The notes beneath the pieces are model-generated. The model ran no database searches. It saw only the letters and a program-made list of their open reading frames with translations, and was not told the DNA's origin. The position numbers and the translations under genes are program-made. DNA of 26,834 nucleotides from Clostridia bacterium (GTDB lineage: Bacteria; Bacillota; Clostridia; UMGS1810): the NCBI GenBank assembly GCA_045660605.1, contig JAZREC010000007.1:1-26834 (forward strand). Reading direction: 5' to 3'. This document shows positions 18,778 to 26,834 of the stretch, one piece after another. The first letter of the stretch is position 1; each line of letters starts with the position of its first letter.

Positions 18778-19899
18778 ATGACAAAAATTGATATTTTCTC
18801 TGGATTTCTCGGTGCGGGCAAAACAACCCTTATAAAAAAGCTTATCGGTGAAGCTTACAAGGGTGAAAAGCTTGTGCTTATAGAAAACGAATTCGGCGAA
18901 ATCGGTATTGACGGTGCATTTCTTAAGGATGCAGGAATAGAGATTACCGAAATGAATTCGGGATGTATATGCTGTTCGCTTGTCGGCGACTTTGGCGAGG
19001 CGCTGAAAAAGGTACTTAAGGAATTCAGCCCTGACAGAATACTTATTGAACCCTCGGGTGTAGGTAAGCTCAGCGATGTAATCCGTGCAGTAGAGAGTGT
19101 AGGTGCACAAAATGCTGTACTTAACAGCTATACAACAATTGCTGATGTAAAAAAATGCAAAATGTATATGCGAAACTTTGGGGAATTCTTTGGAGACCAG
19201 ATAGAAAATGCAAAAACCATAATCCTGAGCCATACACAGGATGTTAGCGAGGACAAGATAAATTCCTGTCTTGAACTTATAAGAGAGCACAACAAGGATT
19301 GCACGGTGGTTACAACACCATGGGATAAGCTGGACGGCAAAGAAATACTGTCCGCTATGGAAAATGGCTTTAGCCTCGAAGAAGAAATGGACAAGCTCAA
19401 GGATGAGCATTGCCACGAGCATCATCACCATGACCATGATTGCGATTGTCACGAGCATCATCACCATGACCATGATTGCGATTGCCACGAGCACCATCAC
19501 CATGACCACGATTGCGATTGCCATGAGCACCATCACCACGACCACGATTGCGATTGCCACGAGCACCATCACCATGACCATGATTGCGATTGCCACGAGC
19601 ATCATCACCATCACCATGCAGATGAGGTGTTTACAAGCTGGGGCAAGGAAACTGCAAAGAAATATACACAAAATCAGATACTTACAATCCTTAAAGAGCT
19701 TGAAAACGAAGAAAAATACGGCATAATTCTGCGTGCAAAAGGTATAGTTGCATCGGGCGAGAGTGATGAATTCATTCACTTTGACTATATACCCGCTGAG
19801 CCTGATGTTCGTTTGGGATTACCGTCCGTTACAGGCAGACTATGTGTTATAGGCTCTAAGATTAACGAAGATGCTCTTTGCGAGCTGTTTGGGATTTGA
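18778..19899 (+). CDS. COG0523/CobW-family metallochaperone GTPase with His/Cys-rich insert
   Basis: GFLGAGKTT, ENEFGE, GCICC, EPSGV motifs; CobW-C-like tail (LRAKG...GRLCVIG). Confidence 0.92.
   Translation: MTKIDIFSGFLGAGKTTLIKKLIGEAYKGEKLVLIENEFGEIGIDGAFLKDAGIEITEMNSGCICCSLVGDFGEALKKVLKEFSPDRILIEPSGVGKLSDVIRAVESVGAQNAVLNSYTTIADVKKCKMYMRNFGEFFGDQIENAKTIILSHTQDVSEDKINSCLELIREHNKDCTVVTTPWDKLDGKEILSAMENGFSLEEEMDKLKDEHCHEHHHHDHDCDCHEHHHHDHDCDCHEHHHHDHDCDCHEHHHHDHDCDCHEHHHHDHDCDCHEHHHHHHADEVFTSWGKETAKKYTQNQILTILKELENEEKYGIILRAKGIVASGESDEFIHFDYIPAEPDVRLGLPSVTGRLCVIGSKINEDALCELFGI
19411..19617 (+). repeat. In-frame 36-bp tandem repeat encoding (CHEHHHHDHDCD)x5 plus CHEHHHHHH
   Basis: Units start at 19411, 19447, 19483, 19519, 19555 and 19591 and differ only at synonymous C/T positions. 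Confidence 0.95.
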
Positions 19900-19910
19900 G
19901 GTGACTTAAT

Positions 19911-20858
19911 TTGAAACCGACAATACCGCTTTATATATTCACAGGCTTTCTCGAGGCAGGAAAGACAAAGGCAATTCAGGAAACGATGGAAGATGTCCGC
20001 TTTCACAACGGCGAAAGAACCCTGCTTCTGCTCTGCGAGGAGGGTGTTGAAGAATTTGACACCTCGCGTTTTTCGGGCGGAAATGTGTTTGTAGAAATAG
20101 TGGAAGAAGAAAAGCAGTTGTCCCTTGCCTATCTTTCAGAGCTTCAGCAAAAGCACAACCCCCAAAGGGTAATAGTGGAATACAACGGAATGTGGCTCCT
20201 ATCCTCTCTGGAAAAAGCCCTTCCTCCGAAGTGGTTTATCTATCAGGATATAATGTTTGCCGATGCCGTAAGCTTTGGCACATATAATGCAAATATGCGT
20301 TCACTTATGGTAGATAAGCTCAGTACCGCGGAAATGGTTGTCTTAAACCGTGCAAAAGATACAACAGACAAGGACGAAATACACAAAATTATAAGGGGCA
20401 TAAACCGAAGATGTGCAATAGCCTATGAGAGTGCAGACGGCACAATTGACTATGACGACAAGGAAGACCCCCTGCCTTTTGACATTGATGCTCCCGTCAT
20501 AGAAATTGAAGACCGTGACTATGCCCTGTGGTTTCGCGACATGGCAGAGGATATGAAAAAATACATCGGCAAAAAAATAAAGTTTAAGGGAATAGTTGCC
20601 GTAAGCGACAAGCTCCCCGAGGGAACAGTTGTTTGCGGAAGACATGTAATGACCTGTTGCGAGGATGATATAGAATTTAAAGGTATGATAACCCGCCTGC
20701 CGAAAGGCGTAAGACTTAACAACAGGGATTGGGTTATTATAGAGGCTGTATTTACAAAAGAATTCAATAAGCTCTACCTTGGAAAAGGTCCTACTCTTAC
20801 TGTAACAGACCTTGCACTGACATCAAAACCCGACCAGGATGTAGCTACATTTTATTAA
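19911..20858 (+). CDS. Atypical CobW-like GTPase domain fused to a TCC-motif (DUF1980/TIGR03943-like) C-terminal domain
   Basis: GFLEAGKT, CEEG, EYNG; no CxCC; C-terminal CGRHVMTCCEDDI; TTG start after GAGGTG. Confidence 0.7.
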   Translation: MKPTIPLYIFTGFLEAGKTKAIQETMEDVRFHNGERTLLLLCEEGVEEFDTSRFSGGNVFVEIVEEEKQLSLAYLSELQQKHNPQRVIVEYNGMWLLSSLEKALPPKWFIYQDIMFADAVSFGTYNANMRSLMVDKLSTAEMVVLNRAKDTTDKDEIHKIIRGINRRCAIAYESADGTIDYDDKEDPLPFDIDAPVIEIEDRDYALWFRDMAEDMKKYIGKKIKFKGIVAVSDKLPEGTVVCGRHVMTCCEDDIEFKGMITRLPKGVRLNNRDWVIIEAVFTKEFNKLYLGKGPTLTVTDLALTSKPDQDVATFY

Positions 20859-20859
20859 C

Positions 20860-20902
20860 AAGCAGGCGGTGTAAAAAACTCATTTTTTTACCCCGCCTGC
20901 TT
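20860..20902. terminator. Bidirectional terminator between convergent GTPase and pnp genes
   Basis: AAGCAGGCGG-tGTAAAAAA...TTTTTTAC-cCCGCCTGCTT long stem. Confidence 0.85.
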
Positions 20903-20916
20903 TTATCACTTATCTA

Positions 20917-23007
20917 TTACTCTGAAATTTCTCCCAAAGCATCTTTTCTGGAAAGATTGTTTCTTCCCATCTTGTCTATTTCAACAAGCTTAACAAGGAT
21001 TTCGTCACCCTCGCTTACAACATCCTCCACCTTGTTTACTCTCTTTGTATCAAGCTTGGAGATGTGTACAAGACCTTCGCGGTTGGGCATGAATTCTACA
21101 AATGCACCGAATTCCATAATCTTGGTAACCTTGCCTTTATATATCTTGCCAACCTCGGGTTCTGCAACTATGCCCTCAACGGTAGCAAGTGCTCTCTGTG
21201 CAGCATCTGTATCCTCGGAAAGAATGAACACAGAACCGTCATCATTGATGTCAATCTTAACACCTGTATCTGCAATAATCTTCTGTATAACCTTACCGCC
21301 GGAACCGATAACATCTTTAATCTTGTCTACGGGAACCTTAGTTGTGATAATCTTGGGAGCATACTTGGAAAGCTCTGTTCTGGGTTCGGGGATTGCCTTG
21401 AGCATTACTTCATCAAGAATGTAGTTTCTTGCAATTCTTGTCTTTTCGAATGCTGTCTTTATAATATCATAGGTAAGACCGTCTACCTTGATATCCATCT
21501 GTATAGCTGTGATACCGTCTTTTGTACCTGCTACCTTAAAGTCCATATCGCCGTAGAAGTCTTCTACACCCTGAATGTCTACCATTGTGAGGAAGTCATC
21601 GCCCTTGGTGATAAGACCGCAGGACATACCTGCAACGGGTGCCTTAATCGGAACACCTGCATCCATAAGTGCAAGTGTGCTTCCGCATACAGAGCCCTGT
21701 GATGTAGAACCGTTTGAAGAAACCACTTCGGAAACAAGTCTTATTGAGTATGGGAACTCCTCCTCGGAGGGAATTACGGGCTTTAATGCTCTTTCTGCAA
21801 GTGCACCGTGTCCGATTTCTCTTCTTCCGGGGCCTCTTGAAGGCTTGGTCTCGCCAACGGAATATGAGGGGAAGTTATAGTGATGCATATATCTCTTTGA
21901 TGTTTCTTCATCAATACCGTCTATTGTCTGAGACTCGCTCACAGCACCGAGTGTAGCTATTGTGAGAACCTGTGTCTGTCCTCTGGAGAAGAGACCTGAA
22001 CCGTGTGTTCTGGGAAGTATGCCTACGCTTGCGCTAAGGGGTCTTATCTCATCAATTCCTCTGCCGTCTACTCTCTTGTGGTCTTCGAAGAGCCACTTTC
22101 TTACAATCTCTTTCTGTATCTTATAGAATATTTCGTCTATTTCTGCGTCTCTGCCCTCTGCTTCTTCGCCAAGGTGTGCCATAAGCTCATCTGTGAGGAC
22201 CTTCATTCTTTCGTCACGGATTCTCTTGTCGTCTGTGTCAATAGCCTCGCATACCTTGTCATATGAGAAAGCATAAACCTTGTCATAAAGGTCGTGGTCA
22301 ACCTCATGTGCTGTATAAGGTTCTTTTTCCTTACCTACTTCTGCAACAATTGTATCTATAAAGTCACAAATCTTTTTGATTTCTTCATGTGCATAAACAA
22401 TTGCATTAAACATTACATCTTCTTTGATTTCATTGGCACCTGCTTCTATCATAACGATTTTTTCCTTGGTACCTGCAACTGTTACATACATCTCACTCTT
22501 TTCTCTCTCTTCGAGTGTGGGGTTTATAACATACTGACCGTCTACAAGACCTACGACTACCGCACCTACAGGTCCTGCAAAGGGCATCTGGGATATAGAG
22601 ATAGCGATTGATGCACCGTTCATCGCACAAACCTCGGGGGAGTTGTCGATGTCAACAGACATAACTGTTGTAACGATACCTACATCGTTTCTGTAATCCT
22701 TGGGGAAGAGAGGTCTGATGGGTCTGTCTATAACTCTTGATGTAAGAATAGCCTTTTCGCTGGGCTTACCCTCTCTCTTTAAGAAACCACCGGGAATTTT
22801 GCCAACGGAATACATCTTCTCTTCATAGTCAACGCTTAAGGGGAAGAAGTCTACTCCGTCTCTGGGCTTAGCTGATGCTGTTGCGGTTGCAAGAACTACG
22901 GTATCGCCGTATCTTACCATAGCGGCACCTGATGCAAGCTGTGCAACCTCGCCTGTTTCTACAGTAAATTCTCTGCCTGCAATTGTGGTTGTAAATGTTT
23001 TTTTCAT
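20917..23007 (-). CDS. pnp: Polyribonucleotide nucleotidyltransferase
   Basis: [50 protein letters not shown] and S1 domains. Confidence 0.98.
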   Translation of the reverse strand: MKKTFTTTIAGREFTVETGEVAQLASGAAMVRYGDTVVLATATASAKPRDGVDFFPLSVDYEEKMYSVGKIPGGFLKREGKPSEKAILTSRVIDRPIRPLFPKDYRNDVGIVTTVMSVDIDNSPEVCAMNGASIAISISQMPFAGPVGAVVVGLVDGQYVINPTLEEREKSEMYVTVAGTKEKIVMIEAGANEIKEDVMFNAIVYAHEEIKKICDFIDTIVAEVGKEKEPYTAHEVDHDLYDKVYAFSYDKVCEAIDTDDKRIRDERMKVLTDELMAHLGEEAEGRDAEIDEIFYKIQKEIVRKWLFEDHKRVDGRGIDEIRPLSASVGILPRTHGSGLFSRGQTQVLTIATLGAVSESQTIDGIDEETSKRYMHHYNFPSYSVGETKPSRGPGRREIGHGALAERALKPVIPSEEEFPYSIRLVSEVVSSNGSTSQGSVCGSTLALMDAGVPIKAPVAGMSCGLITKGDDFLTMVDIQGVEDFYGDMDFKVAGTKDGITAIQMDIKVDGLTYDIIKTAFEKTRIARNYILDEVMLKAIPEPRTELSKYAPKIITTKVPVDKIKDVIGSGGKVIQKIIADTGVKIDINDDGSVFILSEDTDAAQRALATVEGIVAEPEVGKIYKGKVTKIMEFGAFVEFMPNREGLVHISKLDTKRVNKVEDVVSEGDEILVKLVEIDKMGRNNLSRKDALGEISE

Positions 23008-23030
23008 ACCTGTTTTCCTCCTTTAATATT

Positions 23031-23117
23031 TCGGGAAAAGGTTCCATCAGCAGTTAAATACACTCTCCTACGATGCACAAAAGCATATTTAACTGCTAAT
23101 ACCGACAGATTTCCCGA
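23031..23117 (-). promoter_or_regulatory. Long hairpin in the pnp leader (candidate RNase III site)
   Basis: TCGGGAAA/TTTCCCGA outer stem and AGCAGTTAAATA/TATTTAACTGCT inner 12-bp stem. Confidence 0.55.
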
Positions 23118-23131
23118 TGTTTGTAAAATGC

Positions 23132-23172
23132 AAAAACAGGCAAAGAGGGTTAATGTGTTAATCCTCTTTGCC
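23132..23172 (-). terminator. rpsO terminator
   Basis: GGCAAAGAGG-GTTAA...TTAAT-CCTCTTTGCC stem followed on the minus strand by UGUUUUU. Confidence 0.75.
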
Positions 23173-23173
23173 C

Positions 23174-23450
23174 TAAGCACACGGAAGCCGAACCCCGCAT
23201 GCCTTAAATACATAAAATTTGCACACTTTTCATTTGTCGTCCTCGCAAGGCGTCAGCCTTCCTTCGTCCTCCGCATAAAAATCGCACTAAATTTTATGCA
23301 TTTAAGGTCGAAGAGTTTTAAGATTGTCAATTTTGTGGCAAGACAAATAAAATCTTGCAGGGAATACGCTTGTATTTTCAAAAGATTTTATGCAGTATTG
23401 ACCAAAATTGTCATCTTAAAACCATACTGGGTTTGAGTTTCGTGTGCTTA
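23174..23450. mobile_element. 277-bp MITE-like structured element, copy 2 (between the rpsO stop and its terminator)
   Basis: Same length and ends as 7059-7335; about 27 mismatches by manual count. Confidence 0.8.
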
Positions 23451-23461
23451 AGTGTAGCAAA

Positions 23462-23725
23462 CTACTTTCTGATGTTGAGTCTTGCTATGATAGAACGGTA
23501 TCTTTCGATATCTACCTTTGCAAGATAGTTGAGAAGTGCTCTTCTCTTACCAACCATCTTAAGAAGACCTCTTCTTGAGTGGTGGTCCTTCATGTTGGAC
23601 TTAAGGTGTTCTGTGAGGTGGTTGATGCGGTTTGTAAGAATAGCAATCTGTACCTCAGGTGAACCTGTGTCGCCTTCATGAGTAGCGTACTCTGCAATGA
23701 TAGCCTGCTTTGTTTCCTTTAACAT
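23462..23725 (-). CDS. rpsO: 30S ribosomal protein S15
   Basis: [36 protein letters not shown]. Confidence 0.98.
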   Translation of the reverse strand: MLKETKQAIIAEYATHEGDTGSPEVQIAILTNRINHLTEHLKSNMKDHHSRRGLLKMVGKRRALLNYLAKVDIERYRSIIARLNIRK

Positions 23726-23809
23726 AGTTAAATCCTCCTTAAATTATATAATCGCCGCAATACAAAGGCATGGTTGGAGTGTCCAAAGCCTTAGCATCGG
23801 GTTAGAAAC
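23726..23809 (-). promoter_or_regulatory. rpsO 5' leader hairpin (probable S15 autoregulatory leader)
   Basis: Branched hairpin at 23755-23800 (CCGAUGC-AAGGC...GCCUU-GUAU-CGG with inner UUGG/CCAA) between the promoter and the AAGGAGG RBS; family assignment inferred from position. Confidence 0.55.
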
Positions 23810-23815
23810 TCTGTT

Positions 23816-23844
23816 ATTATAACATATCTTTTTACTAATGTAAA
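23816..23844 (-). promoter_or_regulatory. Sigma-A promoter of rpsO
   Basis: TTTACA, 17 nt, TGn-TATAAT. Confidence 0.75.
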
Positions 23845-23917
23845 TAGTTTTTTTCAAAATTTTTCTTTTATCCAAAAAATAATTTCCAAAAATATTAAAA
23901 TTTTTTGTATAAATATC

Positions 23918-23946
23918 TTGACAACTAAGAAAAATTATACTATAAT
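23918..23946 (+). promoter_or_regulatory. Sigma-A promoter of tRNA-Met
   Basis: Perfect TTGACA-17-TATAAT with AT-rich upstream sequence. Confidence 0.9.
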
Positions 23947-23984
23947 AAACAAGTCGCACGGCGATGCGGCATAAAATTAAATAC

Positions 23985-24061
23985 GGCGGCATAGCTCAGT
24001 TGGCTAGAGCATGCGGTTCATACCCGCAGTGTCGATGGTTCAAATCCGTCTGCCGCTACCA
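23985..24061 (+). tRNA. tRNA-Met(CAT), elongator type
   Basis: 77-nt cloverleaf GGCGGCA...TGCCGCT-ACCA, anticodon loop TTCATAC, encoded CCA; G1 start and sequence resemble Firmicute elongator Met rather than initiator or Ile2. Confidence 0.93.
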
Positions 24062-24092
24062 AAAATCCGTACACAATCGTGTGCGGATTTTT
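24061..24092 (+). terminator. tRNA terminator
   Basis: AAAAATCCGTACAC-aatc-GTGTGCGGATTTTT. Confidence 0.8.
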
Positions 24093-24244
24093 ACTTATTA
24101 CCTTTTCACTATTCACTAAAATATTTATCCGTATACGGATTTTTGGAAAGTAATAAGTAATAGTTAATAAGGAAGAAGTATGGTACAAACTTGCTTTTGC
24201 AAGTTTAGTTATTATAAAAACCTTCTGAATACATTATATCCACA

Positions 24245-24278
24245 AAACCAGCAAGACTCAACCGAGCCTTGCTGGTTT
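24245..24278 (-). terminator. metY terminator
   Basis: AAACCAGCAAG...CTTGCTGGTTT 11-bp stem immediately after the metY stop. Confidence 0.8.
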
Positions 24279-24282
24279 CTTA

Positions 24283-25545
24283 TTATATATTACCAAGTGC
24301 CTTTTCGATATCTGCTATGATATCATCAACATTTTCAAGTCCTACAGAAAATCTTACCATTCCTGCATCTATACCTGCCGCAACAAGCTGTTCGTCTGTA
24401 AGCTGACGATGGGTTTCGCTTGCGGGATGAAGCACGCATGTGCGGATATCTGCAACATGAACCTCATTTGAAGCAAGCTCCAGAGAATTCATAAATCTCA
24501 TAGCCGCGTCTCTTCCGCCCTTTATTACGATGGATATTACTCCGCTTGCACCCTTTAAGTACTTTTTGCCAAGCTCGTAATCAACATCGCCCTCAAGTCC
24601 GGGATACTTGACACTCTCTATCTTATCGCTGTTTTTGAAGTAATTTGCAACCTTCATTGCGTTCTCGCAGTACTGCTTCATACGGACAGCAAGAGTCTCG
24701 AGACCGAGATTCAAGAGAAATGCGGAATGTGCCGCAGGATATACTCCGAAGTCTCTCATAAGCTGCATTCTTGCCTTGATTATATATGCCGCCTTGCCGT
24801 AGGTCTCTACATAGGATATGCCGTGGTATGATTCGTCAGGCTCTACAAGCTCGGGGAATTTACCGCTTGTCCAGTCGAAGTTACCGCTGTCTACAATAAC
24901 GCCTCCCACCTGAACTGCATGACCGTCCATATACTTTGATGTGGAGTGGATTACTATGTCCGCCCCAAAATCAATAGGTCTGCAAAGGGCAGGTGTTGCA
25001 AATGTGTTGTCCACAATAAGAGGAACATTATTTGCATGAGCAATTCTTGCAAAACGCTCAATGTCAAGCACGGTAAGTGCAGGATTTGCTATAGTCTCGC
25101 CAAACACAGCCTTGGTGTTTGGCTTAAATGCTTTCATAATTTCTTCGTCGCTTGCGTTCTTGTCTATAAATATGCACTCTATACCAAGCTTTTTGAAGGT
25201 ATACGCAAAGAGGTTAACTGTTCCTCCGTATATTTCGGTAGTGCTGATAAAGCTGTCTCCCGCTCTGCAGATATTGAGTATGGAAAGAAGTGTAGCCGCT
25301 TGTCCCGATGATGTGCACATTGCACCTACACCGCCCTCAAGCTCTGCTATCTTATTTTCCACAGCCATAACTGTAGGATTGGCAAATCTGGAATATATAA
25401 GTGATTTGGTAGGCTCGTCAAATACCGAAGCAACCTCCTCTGTGGAATCATATACATATGTAGTGCTCTGTACTATCGGTACAACACGGGGTTCTGTGTT
25501 CTTGGGAGAATATCCCGAGTGAAGACATTTTGTTTCAAAATTCAT
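24283..25545 (-). CDS. metY: O-acetylhomoserine aminocarboxypropyltransferase (sulfhydrylase)
   Basis: YSRFANPT, ETIANP, IVDNTFATP, STSKY (PLP Lys), HPASETHRQL, RFSVGLE. Confidence 0.88.
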   Translation of the reverse strand: MNFETKCLHSGYSPKNTEPRVVPIVQSTTYVYDSTEEVASVFDEPTKSLIYSRFANPTVMAVENKIAELEGGVGAMCTSSGQAATLLSILNICRAGDSFISTTEIYGGTVNLFAYTFKKLGIECIFIDKNASDEEIMKAFKPNTKAVFGETIANPALTVLDIERFARIAHANNVPLIVDNTFATPALCRPIDFGADIVIHSTSKYMDGHAVQVGGVIVDSGNFDWTSGKFPELVEPDESYHGISYVETYGKAAYIIKARMQLMRDFGVYPAAHSAFLLNLGLETLAVRMKQYCENAMKVANYFKNSDKIESVKYPGLEGDVDYELGKKYLKGASGVISIVIKGGRDAAMRFMNSLELASNEVHVADIRTCVLHPASETHRQLTDEQLVAAGIDAGMVRFSVGLENVDDIIADIEKALGNI

Positions 25546-25604
25546 TTATAATCAGTCCTTTCGTTTAATAATTCTGTTAATTTAAAATCAGTAAAAAGTT
25601 TTGG

Positions 25605-25799
25605 CGATATGCAATCTTCGATTGCTCGATATTTTTACCAAAGCAAAATCGATATGTTTGCCCTTCGGTCAAACTCGATATGATATAAATCTCGTTGCCT
25701 TTAGGCAACATATCGAGCCATCAGGCATATCGAGTGCGAAGCACATATCGAAAATCTTGCAAGAGATTTATATCGACTATTTCAAGCTTCGCTTGAAAT
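25605..25799. repeat. CGATAT x4 / ATATCG x4 hairpin ladder in the metY upstream region
   Basis: CGATAT at 25605, 25627, 25650 and 25676; ATATCG at 25710, 25727, 25745 and 25770; short hairpins between them. Confidence 0.85.
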
Positions 25800-25800
25800 T

Positions 25801-25829
25801 ATTCTATCACAGCCAAACACAAGTGTCAA
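25801..25829 (-). promoter_or_regulatory. Sigma-A promoter for metY overlapping the metF stop codon
   Basis: TTGACA (25829-25824), 17 nt, TGn-TAGAAT (25806-25801). Confidence 0.75.
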
Positions 25830-26701
25830 CCCAATATGTCGGAGAGGTTATCCATTATTTTCTGTGCAACCTCGGGTTTGTTCATGGAATACACATGGAC
25901 ATTTGTTATTCCGTTGGCAAAAAGGTCTATAATCTGGTCTGTTGCATATGCTATACCCGCCTGCTTCATGGCATCGGGGCTGTGACCGAACTTATCTACT
26001 AGGCTCTTGAACCTCTGGGGCATAAAGGAACCGGAAAGCTTTATTGCCCTTTCTATCTGATTTGCATTGGTTATGGGCATAATTCCGGGTATAACAGGAA
26101 TGGTAATCCCTGCCTCCCTTATTTTATAAAGGAAGCTATAGAGTAAGTTGTTGTCAAAAAACATCTGTGTAGTAAGAAAGCCAAGTCCCGCATCGACCTT
26201 TTCCTTAAGATAATATATATCCTCTGCCCTGTCGTTGCTCTCGGGGTGGATTTCGGGATAGCATGCACCGCCTATACAAAGGTCTGCACTTATATCCTTT
26301 ATATCTCTTATAAGGTCTATGGCATGGCGGTAGTCCCATCCGCTTCTGTCCTTACCCTCCATCTCGGGAGTAAGGTCACCCCTTAGTGCCATAACATTGT
26401 CAATGCCTGCATTTATGATGTCATTTATTCTTTGTTTCACAGTTTCCTTTGACGAGGAAACGCAGGTAAGGTGTGCAAGGGTAGGCACCTTGTAGGCTTT
26501 CTTGATGTTTGATGCTATTTCAAGTGTGTATTTGCTTGTTCCCCCGCCCGCACCGTATGTAACACTCATAAAAGCAGGGCGGAGCTTTGCTATCTCTTCT
26601 GTTGCATGGCGTACGCTGTCAAAGGCGGTGTCTGTCTTTGGCGGAAACACCTCACACGACAGGGATAGCTTGTCGGTATTTAAGATTTCTGTAAGCTTCA
26701 T
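25826..26701 (-). CDS. metF: 5,10-methylenetetrahydrofolate reductase
   Basis: EVFPPK, SVTYGAGG, HLTC, ALRGD, ACYPE, TQMFFD, PGIMPI, HVYSMNK. Confidence 0.95.
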   Translation of the reverse strand: MKLTEILNTDKLSLSCEVFPPKTDTAFDSVRHATEEIAKLRPAFMSVTYGAGGGTSKYTLEIASNIKKAYKVPTLAHLTCVSSSKETVKQRINDIINAGIDNVMALRGDLTPEMEGKDRSGWDYRHAIDLIRDIKDISADLCIGGACYPEIHPESNDRAEDIYYLKEKVDAGLGFLTTQMFFDNNLLYSFLYKIREAGITIPVIPGIMPITNANQIERAIKLSGSFMPQRFKSLVDKFGHSPDAMKQAGIAYATDQIIDLFANGITNVHVYSMNKPEVAQKIMDNLSDILG

Positions 26702-26728
26702 CGTTTTTCCTCCGATAATTATTGAAAA

Positions 26729-26834
26729 CTATTTTTCGTCTTCTGTAATACCCTCAATCAAATCTGTGACTATCTGATTTAATTCGGTTGCATTTTTCGA
26801 TGTAATAACAGGTCTCCCTGATTTTTCTTCAATT
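26729..26834 (-). CDS. 3' end of an unidentified gene entering from beyond the window
   Basis: Open frame ...IEEKSGRPVITSKNATELNQIVTDLIEGITEDEK-stop ending just before the metF RBS (GGAGG). Confidence 0.5.
   Translation of the reverse strand, partial: IEEKSGRPVITSKNATELNQIVTDLIEGITEDEK

Noticed and set aside
19411-19617. 36-bp periodic repeat resembling a CRISPR array
   Set aside because: No spacers, lies in frame within a coding gene, variation is synonymous, and no cas genes are present.
18751-19779. 342-aa antisense ORF
   Set aside because: Shadow of the COG0523 gene; the low-complexity His repeat removes stop codons on the opposite strand.
21064-22611. Several plus-strand ORFs of 80-212 aa
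   Set aside because: Antisense shadows of pnp with no RBS or recognisable motifs.
23128-23436. 102-aa ORF across the second 277-bp element, considered as a mini-transposase
   Set aside because: Starts outside the element, has no DDE or HUH motif, and the frame is interrupted by stop codons in copy 1.
23985-24061. tRNA as an integration site (att) for an island
   Set aside because: No integrase and no duplicated tRNA 3' end in the window; the flanking genes are core metabolic genes.
25546-25825. Expected SAM-I riboswitch or T-box upstream of metY
   Set aside because: No AUCnAGAG/GAGGGA S-box core and no GGUGGnACC T-box sequence on the minus strand.

Overview
Chromosomal core-genome window from an anaerobic Firmicute (Clostridia-like, sigma-A promoters, T-box). 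Genes in order: hpf; yebC-murA-MBL hydrolase; DUF1015-like; acpP-rnc; XRE-cupin regulator with potABCD; a T-box-controlled operon (Na+/solute symporter, acyl-CoA ligase, iorA, iorB); two zinc-ribbon proteins; a COG0523 GTPase with a His/Cys tandem repeat plus a partner GTPase-like protein; rpsO-pnp; tRNA-Met; metF-metY. No transposase, integrase, CRISPR or phage gene was seen. The most notable signals are: (1) a complete T-box with a UAC (Tyr) specifier driving a probable aryl-acid salvage route to tyrosine; (2) a ~527-bp intergenic element made of two inverted homologous halves that each keep the same Y-shaped fold through compensatory changes; (3) two ~90% identical 277-bp TA-flanked, TIR-bounded structured elements; (4) a CGATAT/ATATCG hairpin ladder in the metY leader. 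All alignments and folds were done by eye and no database searches were run.
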